From the human T2T-CHM13v2.0 reference genome, Homo sapiens, in assembly GCF_009914755.1 (NCBI RefSeq), contig NC_060928.1: a stretch of 64,000 nt of DNA; one strand, given 5' to 3'. How positions within the stretch are numbered: position 1 is the stretch's first letter; each line of letters opens with the position of its first letter. The notes below the pieces were generated by a model. It did no database searches and was not told the DNA's origin. It saw only the letters and a program-made list of their open reading frames with translations. Positions 47,157 through 60,680 of the stretch are shown piece after piece. Made by a program: the position numbers and the translations under genes.

Positions 47157-47877
47157 CATACTAGGACTCTTTACCTGGCTTCATTGCCCACTGTCCTTCA
47201 TGTGGTTGGAAGTATCTGAACCCCCACACTGAAATTCTCCAGGATATTCACACACTGGAATCAGACTAAATCTCTTTTCAACTCTAGATAAAAAAGGAAG
47301 TTTACTTCTCACCCAAACTAAGGCTTGAACCCTAAGTCTTGACTTCTTTATGGAGCCTGAGTCATAGTGAGCATGTTCTTTCAGGAGAAAGCTCATCCCT
47401 ATTCACAGTTTTATAATCTATTTTCATGGCCCCATCAAAACAACATGACATAATGGTAAAACATCAGTTTATTTCTCAGACTCAATGTTATTTGGTTTTA
47501 AACAGTACCATATAAAGAATAGGAACAGCCTTATCCTGTGGGCTGATAAAATATAGTCTAGTTTCTTTTTTGTCTCATTTCATCAAAGATTTAATAATCT
47601 TGGAGTAAAAACTCATTAGTAGTAAGCTTATTACTTAGCATATATAAGTGCCTTTGTAGACTATAAAACACAATACAAATATAATGCTATAATTTTTTGT
47701 GAAAGAATCAAGTCTAAATTATTTAGTACAGTTCAGTGAATCCTAAAAAAAAGTTGCTCCCTAGGGTATGATGATATAAAATCCTATATCTTGTTGTTTT
47801 ATTCAATAATACATCAGAAATAAAAATAAAACAGAATTTATTTATGACAGCTTGACTCATTAAATCACCCAAATCCT

Positions 47878-48169
<292 letters not shown>

Positions 48170-48211
48170 CTAGAATATATCTGACAACAAACTTTTAAAA
48201 TGGTGAAATAA

Positions 48212-48592
<381 letters not shown>

Positions 48593-48669
48593 TGAGCAAC
48601 ATTATTTTCCTGAAGTTAAAACAAAAATTTACCTTGTGCATAAACTTTTATAAAAATTAACACTAAGGC

Positions 48670-51600
48670 TTGCCACTGCAAACTTTGTGGGACAGCCAAA
48701 AAACTGTGAGCACCAAAATCCACTTCTAAACACATGTCCTCACTGGGGAACCTGAAAATCCAGATCATGTGAGAAGGATTTAATCATACCTAGAGCTGAA
48801 ACAAATTTAGAGAGCTGAGCAAAATAGAAAAGTAGAAGAAGCAGTGGGTAGAGTGCTGTAGGCACTCCTGGTCCCCAGGGAAGCCCAGGGAAGCCATTTC
48901 TGACTTTATTTCACAGTAGTCCTTGGGGAGGGCAGCCAGTGGAATTAGGGAAGGGCCACAGGGAGGAGACTTCCAGCTAAACTTTGTAATAATTCCAATC
49001 AAGCATGAATTTTCTTGGGCAGAATCTGGGTGAGTGAATGGGAAATGCAGGTATGACCACAGAAGCTGCAGCAGGCAGGGAAGATCAAGGCCTGAAAGTT
49101 CTGCTTGCTTTCTTAGCAGGGAGGCTTGTAGGAGCTCCATGGCCCTGCTTATCACTGAGAAACCTGAATACTTATCTAGGCAAACTTAGGGCAAGCTTGT
49201 GTTCCCCCTATACTACCACAGATGATGTTTTCTTGAAAGTACCATCTACTGGCTGGAGGCCAACCAACTTAAGCCATTACAGCAACTCATAACAGAACAA
49301 CCATGCTCCAAGAAAGGAGAAAGCAACAGCTAATTCCACTGCCTGTAACAACCAGGCTAACCAGATGTCCCAAGTGTGTCCACATGATAACTTCACCGCC
49401 AGCATAACCAGCATTCAAGAAAACCAGTGCACTAAACAAAACTACAGCCAAGGACACTCACGGGGTGCACTTCACTCCCTGGTACCTCCAGTGGAGCAGG
49501 TGCTGGCATTCATGGCTGACAGACCTTAAGACGGATCACATCACAGGACACTTTGCAGACACTCCCCAGTACCAGCCTGGAGCCCAGTAGCTCCATTAGG
49601 TGGCTAGACCCAGAAGAGCAATAATAATCACTGCAATCCAGCTCTTAGGAAGCTCCGTCCCTACAAAAAGGGGGAGAGCACCACATCAAGGGAGCACCCC
49701 ATGGGACAAAAAAATCTGAACAGAAGCCATTGAGCCACAGATCTTTCCTCTGACATAGTCTATCCAAATGAGAAGAAACCAGGAAAATATTTCTGGTAAT
49801 ATGACAAACAAGGTTCTATAACACCCGCAAAAGATCACACTAGCTCATCAGCAATGGATCCACACCAAGAAACAATCTCTGTATTGCCAGAAAAAGAATT
49901 CAAAAGGTCAATTATTAAGATACTCAAGGAGGCACCAGAGAAAGGTGAAAACCAACTTAAAAAAATTAAAAAATAATTTCTCCAGATAAATAGATATTAT
50001 AAATAAAAAACAATCACAACTTCTGAAAATGAAAGACAAACTTAGAGATATGCAATACACCTGAAAGTTTCAACAATAGAATAGAAGGAGTAGAAGAATG
50101 AACTTCAGAGCTTGAAGACAAGGCTTTCAAATTAGCCCAATCTGAAAAAAGAGTAAGAGAAAGAATTTAAAAAATGAACAAAGACTTCAACAAGTTTAGG
50201 ATTATGTTAAATGACCAAACATAAGAATAATTGGTGTTCCTGAGTAAGAAGAGAAATCTATAAGTTTGAAAATCTTATTTGAGGCAATAACAGAGGAATA
50301 ATTCCCTGGCCTTGCTAGAGATCTAGACATTCAAATACAAGAAGTTCAAAGAACACCCAGGAAATTCATCACAACAAGATCATCATCTAGGCACATAGTC
50401 ATCAGGTTGTCTAAAGTCAAGATGAAGGAAAGAATCTTAAAAGCCGTGAGGCAAAAGCATCAGGTAACCTATAAAGGAAAACTTACCAGATTAACAGAAG
50501 ATTTCTCAGCAGAAGCCCTACAAGCTAGAATGGATTGGGATTCTATCTTTAGCCTCCTCAAACAAAATAATTATCAGCCAAGAATTTTGTATCCAGTGAA
50601 ACTAAGCTTCATAAATGAAGGAAAAATAAAGTATTTTTTAGAAAAACACATGCTGAGAGAATTTGCCACTACCAAGCGAACACTACAAGAACTGCTAAAA
50701 GGAGTTCTAAATCTTGAAACAAAACCTTGAAATACACCAAAATAGAACCTCCTTAAGCATAAATCTCACAAGGACTACTAAACAGTAACATGATGAAAAA
50801 AAAAAAAACAAGTTATTCAGGGAAAAACTAGCATGATGAATAGAAGAGTACCTCACGTCTCAGTACTAACATGAAATGTAAATGGCCTTAATGCTTCACT
50901 TAAAAGATGCAGAATGACAGAATGGATAAGAATTCAGCAACCAAGTATCCGCTGCCTTCAAGAGACTCACCTAACACATAAGGACTCACATCACATAAAC
51001 TCACATCACCTAATGTGTAAGGACTCACATCACATAAAAAAGACTCACAAACCAAAGAGACTCACATAACACATAAGGACTCACAACAAAAAGGACTCAC
51101 ATCACATAAGGACTCACAACACATAAAAAACTTAAGATAAAGGTGAAAAAAGACATTCCATGCAAATGGACACCAAAAGCAAGCAAGCTTAGCTATTCTT
51201 CTATCAGACAAAGCAGACTTTAAAGCAACTACAGTTAAAAAATACAAAGAGAGACGTTACATAATGATAAAAGGACTAGTCCAACAGGAAAATATTGCAA
51301 TTCTAAATATATGTGCACCTAATACTAGAGCTCCCAAATTTGTAAAGCAATTACTACTGGACATAAGAAATGAGGTAGACAGCAGCACAATAATAGTGGG
51401 GGATTTCAATAGTCCACCGACAGCACTAGACAGGTCATCAGGACAGAAAGCTAAAAAAAAAGAAACCAAAAAAAATTTATCTATACCCTAGAACAAATGC
51501 ACTTAACAGGTATTTGCAGAACATTCTACCCAACAACTGCAGAATATGTATTCTACTTATCAGCACATGGAACATTCTTTAACATAGACCATATAATAAG

Positions 51601-54100
51601 ATACAAACAAGTCTCAATAAATTTAAGAAACTGAGATGATATCAAGTACTTTCTCAGACCACAGTGAAATAAAATTGGAAATCAACTCCAAAAGGATTCC
51701 TCAAAACCATGCAAATACATGGAAATTAAATCTGCACCTGAATGATCTTTGGGACAACAATGAAATCAAGATGAAAATTAAAAAAAAAATTGAACTGAAT
51801 GATAGTAATGACACAACCTATCAAAACCTCTGGGATATAGCAAAAACAGTGCTAAGAGGAAAGTTCATTGCATTAAATGCCTACATCAAAAAGTCTGAAA
51901 GAGCACAATCTATGGTTACACTTCAAGGAACTAGAGAAACAAGAACAAACCAAACCCAAACTCTGCAGAAGAAAAGATATAACCAAGATCAGAGCAGAAC
52001 TAAATGAAATTGAAGCAAAAATAAAAAAAAAAAAAGATAAATGCAACCAAAAGCTAGTTCTTTGAAAAGATAAACAAAATTGATAGACCATTAGTGAGAT
52101 TAACCAAGGAAAGAAGATCCAAATAAGTTCGATTAGAAACAAAATGGGAGCTATTACAACTGATATCACAGAAATACAAATGATCATTCAAGGCTATTAT
52201 GAACACCCTTACACGCACACACTAGAAAACCTAGAGGAGATGGATAAACTCCTGGAAAGATATCCTCCCACATTAAACCAGCAAGAAATCCAAACTGTAA
52301 CAGACCCATAACAAGCAGTGAGATTAAAATGATAATTAAAAAGTTGCCAACAAAATGAAGTCCGGGACCAGACTGATTCACAGCTGAATTCTATCAGAAA
52401 CTCAAAGAAGAATTGTTACCAATCCTACTGAAACTATTCCAAAAAATAAAGAGGGAATCCTCCCCAAATCATTCCATGAAGCCAGTGTCACCCTAATACT
52501 AAACCTAGGAAAGGACATAACAAAAAAAGAAAACTACAGACCAATATTCATGATGAACACAGATGCAAAAATTCTCAACAAAATACTAGCAAACCAAATC
52601 CAAAGGCAAATAAAAAAGAGAACCTACCATGGATCAGATGGGTTCTATAACAAGCGTACATGGATGATTTAACATATGCAAGTCAATAAATATGATACAC
52701 CACATAACATAACTGAAAACAAGAATTATAATCTCAATAGGTGATTACAAAAATCAACTCAAGATCGATTACAAAAATCAACTCAAGATGGATCACAAAA
52801 ATCAACTCAAGATGGATCAAAGACTTAAATCTAAGACCTGAAACTATAAAAATTCTAGAAGATAACACTGGAAAAACTCTTCTAGACATTGGCTTAGGCA
52901 GTTTGTGACCTAAAACCGAGGCAAATGCAACAAAAACAAAGATAAATAGATGGAAGTTAAGCTAAAAAGCTTCTGCACAGCAAAAGAAATAATCAGCAGA
53001 GTAAACAGACAACCCACAGAGTGTGACAAAATATTCACAAACTATACATACAACAAAGGACTAATATTCAGAATCTATAAGAGACTCAAAAAACTAAAAA
53101 ACTTCTGCACAGCAAAAGAAATAATCAGCAAAAGAATCGTCAACAGACAACCCACAGATTGTGACAAAATATTCACAAACTATGCATACAACAAAGGACT
53201 ACTATACAGAATCCATAAGGGATTCAAACAAATCAGCATAAAAAAAAATCCCATCAAAAAGTGGGCTACGAACATGGATAGACAATTCTCACAAGAAGAT
53301 ATACAAATGGCCATCAAACATATGAAAAAATGCTCAACATCACTAATGGGGAAATGCAAGTCAAAATCACAATGCGATACCACCTTAGTTGTGCAAGATG
53401 GCCTTAATCAAAAAATCAAAAAATAATAGATGTTGGTGTGGGTGTGGTGAAAAGGGAACACTTTGACACTGCTGGTGGGAATGTAAACTAGTACATTCAT
53501 TACAGAAAACAGCATGGAGATTTCATAAAGAACTAAAAGTAGAACTACAGTTTGATCCAGCAATTCCACTACTACCACTACTAATATCTATCTACCCAGA
53601 GGAAAAGAAGCCGTTTATTGAAAAAGACACTTGCACATGCATGTTAATAGCAGCACAATTCACAATTGTGAAAATATGGAACTAGCCCAAATGCCCATCA
53701 ATCAACAAATGGATAAAGAAAATGTGATATATTTATACCATGGAATACTACTCAGCCATAAAAGGGAATGAAATAATGGTATCCACAGCAACCTGGATGA
53801 AGTTAGAGGCCATTATTCTATGTCAAGTAACTCAGGAATGGAAAACCAAACATCATATGTTTTCACTCATAAGTGGGAGCTAAGGTATGAGGATGCAAAG
53901 GTATAAGAATAATACAATGAATTTTGGGGACTTGGAGGGAAGGGTGGGAAGGGGCTGAGGGATAAAGAGCTACACGTTGGGTACAGTGTACATGGCTCCG
54001 GTGACAGGTGCACCAAAATCTCAGAAATCACCACCAAAGAACTTAGCCATGTAGCCAAACACCAACTGTTCCCTAAAACTATTGAAATAATAATAATAAA
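48670..54100 (+). mobile_element. L1PB1-like LINE-1 with L1PBa 5'UTR, ~1.1-kb RT deletion and internal duplications
   Basis: 5'UTR ggggaacctgaaaatccagatca...cctagagctgaaac; ORF1 remnant (50407-50730 KERILKAVRQKHQVTYKGK); ORF2 EN remnants; L1PB1-type 3'UTR tacagtgtaca...gtgcaccaaaatctcagaaatcaccac...aaaactattgaaataa. Confidence 0.9.
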
Positions 54101-54275
54101 GAGAATGCACATTTGACAGCAAAAAAAAAGAAATTAAGAAGAGCATTTATTAAGGATCTACATACATATGTCATGGTCCTATAATCTGTACAATATAAGT
54201 CATATAGAAAACATTTCTAGCTCTAGAATCTGATAATTTAAGCTAAATAGTACGTATACATGCCAATAGAATCAT

Positions 54276-54677
54276 TTCCATAGTTTGAATATTTTTCCCC
54301 TTCGAAACACATGTGGCATCCCCAATGTGGCAGTTTTGATAGGGGAGGCCTTTAAGAGATGATTGGGTCATGAAGACTCTGCTTTCATGAATGGATTAAT
54401 TCATTCATGGTTTAATGGGCTAGGGTTTAATGGATTATCATTGGAGTGGGACTGGTAGCTTTGTAAAATAAGGAGAAAATACCTGAGCTAGCATACTCAC
54501 CCCCCTCTTCATGTAATGTCCTGCACTGAGTTGAGACTCAGCAGAGTGTCCTCACCAGCAAGAAGGCCCTCACCATATATGGTCTCTTGACTTTTGTCCT
54601 TTTCACAACTTTAAGAAATTTCTTCATTAGTTAGCCAGTTTCAGGTATTTTGTTATAAGCAATAGAAAATGAAGACA
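54276..54677 (+). mobile_element. MSTB/MSTC-type solo MaLR LTR
   Basis: catagtttgaatatt...gcctttaagagatgattgggtcatga...aagaaggccctcacca...gttataagcaatagaaaatgaagaca; TSD ATCAT at 54271-54275 and 54678-54682. Confidence 0.85.
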
Positions 54678-55393
54678 ATCATTTATTAAAAACACCCAGA
54701 AGAAAGAATAATACATTATTCATTAGATAAAGATAGTCAACAATTGAAAATGAATCTTAAGGAATCTTGGAGTGGGAAAGAAAAAAGAAATCCTTTATTT
54801 CATGTTCAAATGACAAAGTACTCTCTCTGCAGAATTCACAGGGTGTTTGAGACTTGGGGGTAATTTTCCACACCATAAAACAGTCCCACACCTCCATCCC
54901 CATCAGACTCATTTTCTCCAGAGAGCTTATGACATAAATTATCTCATTTAACCTTCAAAATCTACTTGGCTATCACTCCCCGGTAAGCAAAATCCCTTTC
55001 TTTGTTGGACCTTCTTGTCTTTCCCCTGTTAACTCTCAGCCCACTTAAATTATTTTCTGTCCCATTGAGGGTCTCACCTCTTCTGACACTCAGCACTATG
55101 CTCCGTGTTCAGTCACTTGGGTCCCTCTATTTCCATTGCTGATTGGAGACGTAACAGTTGGAAATGGCTTTCACCATGGTCTGGACTCAGAGTACAGCAA
55201 ACAGTAGACACTCTGAGTTTTCTTGTTGCTCAGAAAATACCTACTTCCATGTTGCTTCTAAGGTATGATAAAATTTTTTTTTTATCCTTCCATTGTCATA
55301 TGGTTAATGCCCCAGGAAAAGGGTAGAAAAGTAGACCAAAAACTGCCACCTCTTGCTCTTCAGTCTTTACCAACCCCTCTCTCAATAGTAGAT

Positions 55394-56454
55394 TATTGGG
55401 GAACCTGCCCTGATATTCACATAGGTTCTTTTCTATTTTCCCTAAGCATCAGCCAGCTTGAGAAATAAAGGGACAGAGTACAAAAGAGAGAAATTTTAAA
55501 GCCGGGCATCTGGGGGAGACATCACATGTCGGTAGGTTCCATGATGCCCCAAAAGCCACAAAAGCCAGCGAGGTTTTATTAGGGATTTTCAAAAGGGGAG
55601 GGAGTGTGCGAATAGGTATGGGTCACAGACATCAAGTACTTTACAAGGTAATAGAATATCACAAGGCAAGTGGAGGCAGGGTGAGATCACAGGACCACAG
55701 GACCGGGGTGAAATTAAAATTGCTAATGAAGTTTCGGGCACCATTATCATTGATAACATCTTATCAGGAGACAGAGTTTTGAGATCAACCAGTCTGACAA
55801 AAATTTATTAGGTGGGAATTTCCTCTTCCTAATAAGCCTGGGAGCGCTATGGGAGACTGGAGTCTATTTCACCTCTGCAGTCTTGACCATAAGAGACAAC
55901 CATGCCCAGGGGGGCCAGTTCAGACACCTACCCCAAAGTGTGCTTTCTCTTTCTCAGGGATGTTCCATGCTGAGAAAAAGAATTCAGTGATATTTCTCCA
56001 ATTTGCTTTTGAAAGAAGAGAAATACGGCTCTGTTCTGCCCGGCTTACTGGCGGTCAGAGTTTAAGGTTATCTCTCTTATTCCCTCAACAATTGCTGTTA
56101 TCCTGTTCTTTTTTCGAGGTGCCCACATTTCATATTGTTCAAACACACAAGCTGTATAATTTGTGCAATTATTACAGGGTCCTGAGGTGATACACATCCT
56201 CCTCAGCTGGCAGGATTAAGAGATTAAAGTAAAGACAGGCATAGGAAATCACAAGGGTATTGACTGGGGAAGTGATAAGTGTCCATGAAATCTTTACAAT
56301 TTATGTTTAGAGACTGCAGTAAAGATAGGCATAAGAAATTATAAAAGTATTAATTTGGGGAACTAATAAATGTCCATGAAATCTTCACAATCCACGTTCT
56401 TCTGCCATGGCTTCAACCAGTCCCTCCGTTTGGGGTCCCTGACTTCCTGCAACA
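55394..56454 (-). mobile_element. MER11 solo LTR (HERV-K11/HML-8); 1061 bp, MER11C-like by size
   Basis: Reverse complement begins TGTTGCAGGAAGTCAGGGACCCCAAACGGAGGGACTGGTTGAAGCCATGGCAGAAGAACGTGGATTGTGAAGATTTCATGGAC; 6-bp TSD gtagat/atagat, typical of ERVK class. Confidence 0.92.
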
Positions 56455-57191
56455 ATAGATAAAAAAGAATTCACATGAATAACTGCATGCTACATAGCAG
56501 GGAGTTTCTAGTTTCCCTGTGCACCCAGATAGCTGCTTTTAGGTCGGCTGTCCGTGGGAAGTTGTCATTTACTGCCTGACTTTACAAATTGGTCATTTCT
56601 TCCTTTGAATATACTCCTCTTTCTACAATGGTCTCTTTTTAAATTATTTCTTCTCTGAGCTGCATTGATTTCATTCAAAGCCTCCTACCTGCTTCCTTGA
56701 ATACTTCCTACCAAAGAGTGCTTTTTCCTGTCACAAGTTGGGATAGAAAATATTCCATTTCAATTCATGCTTGAGAGTACCTAAATCCTCTCACAGGAGT
56801 TTCTAGTTTCCTTACCGTTTTCTATATTAATATCTACCCCTCACTGTCTGCTGAACATGCCATAGTTATGGCCAAATTCTGAAGTGGCATAAATTCTTTT
56901 CTGGGTCAATTTGTGAATAACTATAAAGATATCTCTGTATACTGCCTTAGCATTCCTGGTTCTGGCTTCAGACTTTACATTATCTATTGGCAAAAATTCC
57001 AACTGGTCTAATATCAAATATAGATCTTCTTGCACTTGCTAGCTAAAAATCTGTTGTGACATCCAATGTTCTTATTAGAGTTTATGGTTCTATATCCACA
57101 TGCATAGATTTTTTTTTCTGTTACATAACCAAAAGCAGATGTATTTGTTGGCACTTGCCCTGTGCACTTTAATGTTAAAAGAGTACCTTTC

Positions 57192-57680
57192 TCTGTTTCA
57201 GTCAAGACCCTTAATGCTGTAAATGACAAAATCCACATCAAATTTTGGTTAAGCAAAAAATAAATTTATTGGGTCTCATAACTAAAAATTGCAATGGTAG
57301 ATCTGGCTTCAGAATTAAATGTTATTAGGATTCATTTTATCTTCTGTCATTTCTTGGTTTGCTTTTATCTTTTGGGTTCCAAGTGGTAACAAGATGACTG
57401 TATGAGCTCCAATTCGTACATAATCTCAGGCCTTACAGAAGGAGCAGGAATATCTTTTCTAGAAATTACAGCAAAATCCACTTTCATCTCCCAAACTCAG
57501 TTTTCCTTATATGTCTGTTTCTTCACCATCACAGTGGCCAGGCAAATACAATGCTCTAAATTTCCCAGTCTAAGTCATGCAGAATGAGAGATGGGCAGAA
57601 CTCTGAGATAAACAAAATGGACTGAAAAAATTGAAAAGTTATCAGAAGGTGCTGCATGGCAAAAACAATGAATGTTTACT
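57192..57680 (-). mobile_element. Old MLT1J/K/L-type MaLR LTR
   Basis: tcagtcaagaccct...gtaaatgacaaaatcc...ttaagcaaaaaataaatttattgggtctcataactaaaa...ctggcttcag. Confidence 0.55.
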
Positions 57681-57953
57681 ATAGTCCCTCTAACCTTGGT
57701 ATGTGACAGGATCCAGGAAAGAAATGGGCTGCAAAAATGTAGGGACCAAATACAAAAAATTTGGCACCTAATTAAATTAAAAAGCTTCTACACGGCAAAA
57801 TAAATAAACAACAGAATAAACGATTACTTACAGAATGGGAGAAAATATTTGCAAACTATGCATCTGACAGAGTACAAATATTCAGAATCTACAAGGAACT
57901 CAAACAACTCAACAAGAAGAAAACCAAGTAACCTAATTAAAAAGTGGGCAAAA

Positions 57954-58350
<397 letters not shown>

Positions 58351-58614
58351 TCAGAGAAATGCAAATTAAAACCACAATGAGATATCATCTTGCACCAGTC
58401 AGAATGGCTATTATTAAAAGTCAAAAAAACACAGATGTTGGTGAGGATACAGAGAAAAGGAGACACATATAAACTAGTAAAATATAGAATATAAACTAGT
58501 AAAACCTCTATGGAAAGTGTATGGTGATTTCTCAAAGAACTAAAATAGCAATTTCATTCAACCCAGCAATTCCTCTGCTAGACATTCACCCAAAGAAAAA
58601 GAAATCATTATGTA

Positions 58615-58912
58615 GGTTGGGTGCAGTGGCTCATGCTTGTCATCTCAGCACTTTGGGAGGCCCAGGTGGGATGACTGCCAGAGCCCATGACTTTGAGACC
58701 AGCCTGAGAAACACAGCAGGACCCCATCTCTTCAAAAAGTTAAAAAATTAGTCAAGTGTGGTGGTGCACACCTGTGATGCCAGCTACTTGGGAGGCTCAG
58801 GTGTGAGGCTTGCTTGTGCCCAGGAATTCAAGTCTTCAGTGACCTATGATTGTGCCACTGCACTCCAGCCTGGATGACAGAGCAAGACCTTGTCTCAAGA
58901 AAAAAAAAAAAG
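58615..58912 (+). mobile_element. AluJ
   Basis: Diverged dimer (ttgcttgtgcccaggaattcaag, gacctatgattgtgccactgcac); degenerate TSD aaatcattatgta/aaattattatata. Confidence 0.88.
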
Positions 58913-60602
58913 GAAAAAATTATTATATAAAAAAGACACCTGCACCTGTATGTTTATCACAGTACTATTCACAATAGTGAAGTTTTGGAATCAACCTAAG
59001 CACCCATCAATGGATGATGGATAAAGAAAATACGGTATATATACAACATGGAATACTATGCAGCCATAAAAAACAATGAAATTATGTCTTTTGTAGCAAC
59101 ATGGATAGAGCTAGAAGCCAGTATCCTAAGCCAGTATACATGGACATACAGAGGAGAATAATAGACACTGGGGACAACAAAAGTGGGGAAGGTGGGAAGG
59201 AGTGAGGGCTGAAAAACTATCTCTTGGGTACAATGTTCATGATTTGGCTTATGGGTACACTAAAAATTTAGACTTCATCACTAGGATATATATTAATGCA
59301 ACAAAAACTGTGCTTGTACCCTCTGAATCCATTTTTTTTAAGTTGGCATCATAGGAAATATTTAGCAGGAATTTGAAAAGAAGACCTGTTGGCATATTAT
59401 GGTAATTAAGATTCTGGATATTAAGATTTTGAGAAAGTGAAAATACAGTAGGATGTTATTGGGTATGCAATACATGATATAATACATATGTATATATATT
59501 AGCTGTATTATTATCAATAACTTTCCCTGTTTCCGAGGCTTTCATTTTCACTATTTTTAAATTTTCTCCTCATTTATCTGTAACTGATTTCTCCTGTTAC
59601 CTTTATTATTCTATTCGGTTTGGGTTTATTTTCTTATTTTCAATTTTTAAATTGGAAGATTAGAATATTGATTTTACACCTTATTTTTCTAATAGGAGTA
59701 TATAAAGCTGTATATTTACATTTGGTACTTCAATAGCTGCATTTTTTATATGTGGTGTTTTAAGTACCATTCAATTTGAAAAAAAATTTTGCTTGGGATT
59801 TCTTCTTTGACTTATGAATAATTTAGCAGTGTATTATTTAATTTTAAAACATGGGAATGTTTTGGTATTTGATTGATATTGATTTTTGAATTTGTTTTGG
59901 TTATGATCATAGTTCATACTATGTATATTCTCAGTATTTTGAAATTTATTGAGACTCATTTTATGACTCATTATATTGTTTATCTTGATGAGTAATACAC
60001 TTGTAGGTAAAAAAAAATGAGTAAATGTTCACACTGTAGTTGTGGGGTGAAGTATTCCATAATATCAACTAAATCAATTTGGTTGATGATTTTTTACTGA
60101 TATTTTAGTCTAGTTGCTCTACATATTATTAAAATATGACATTAATACCTCCAAATAGGATTTTATATTTTTGTATTTCTTTCTTTAGTTCTGTTAGTTT
60201 TTGTTTCACGAAGTTCTGTTATTTAGGCCCATTAAGTTAAAAGGTTATATTTTCCTTATAATAGTGTCATTTTATAGTTTGAAATATGCTTATGTATCTC
60301 TGTAAATACTCCCTTGTCTTAAAGTGCATTATGTCTGATATAAATTTATCTAAACAGTTAGGATAGTATATCTTTTTCTGTATTTTTTGTTTTCCCACAT
60401 CATTATCTCAAATTTTGAATGTATTTATTGTGAATAGAATGCAGTTGGGTCTCAGTATTGTATCCAGTCTGATAATCTCTATCTTATAATTACAGTGTTT
60501 AGTACATTTACGCTTAAAGCAATTATTGATAGGGTTTGATTTAGATCTACAATCTTGGTATTTGATTTCTATTTGTCCCATATTGTACAATTTTAGTTCT
60601 GC

Positions 60603-60621
60603 TGTTGTTTGTTTGTTTGTT

Positions 60622-60680
<59 letters not shown>
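60603..60680. repeat. (TTTG)n/(TTTC)n tetranucleotide repeat
   Basis: About 15 TTTC units preceded by TTTG units. Confidence 0.95.

Noticed and set aside
50963-51130. Repeat-spacer-like pattern superficially resembling a CRISPR array
   Set aside because: Eukaryotic L1 context, no unique spacers, no cas genes. It is a slippage minisatellite.
56841-57035. Minus-strand 64-aa ORF that looks protein-like, with a strong donor (CG|GTAAGG) near 56815
   Set aside because: Non-ATG start, no recognisable homology, weak acceptor, and a stop before the donor.
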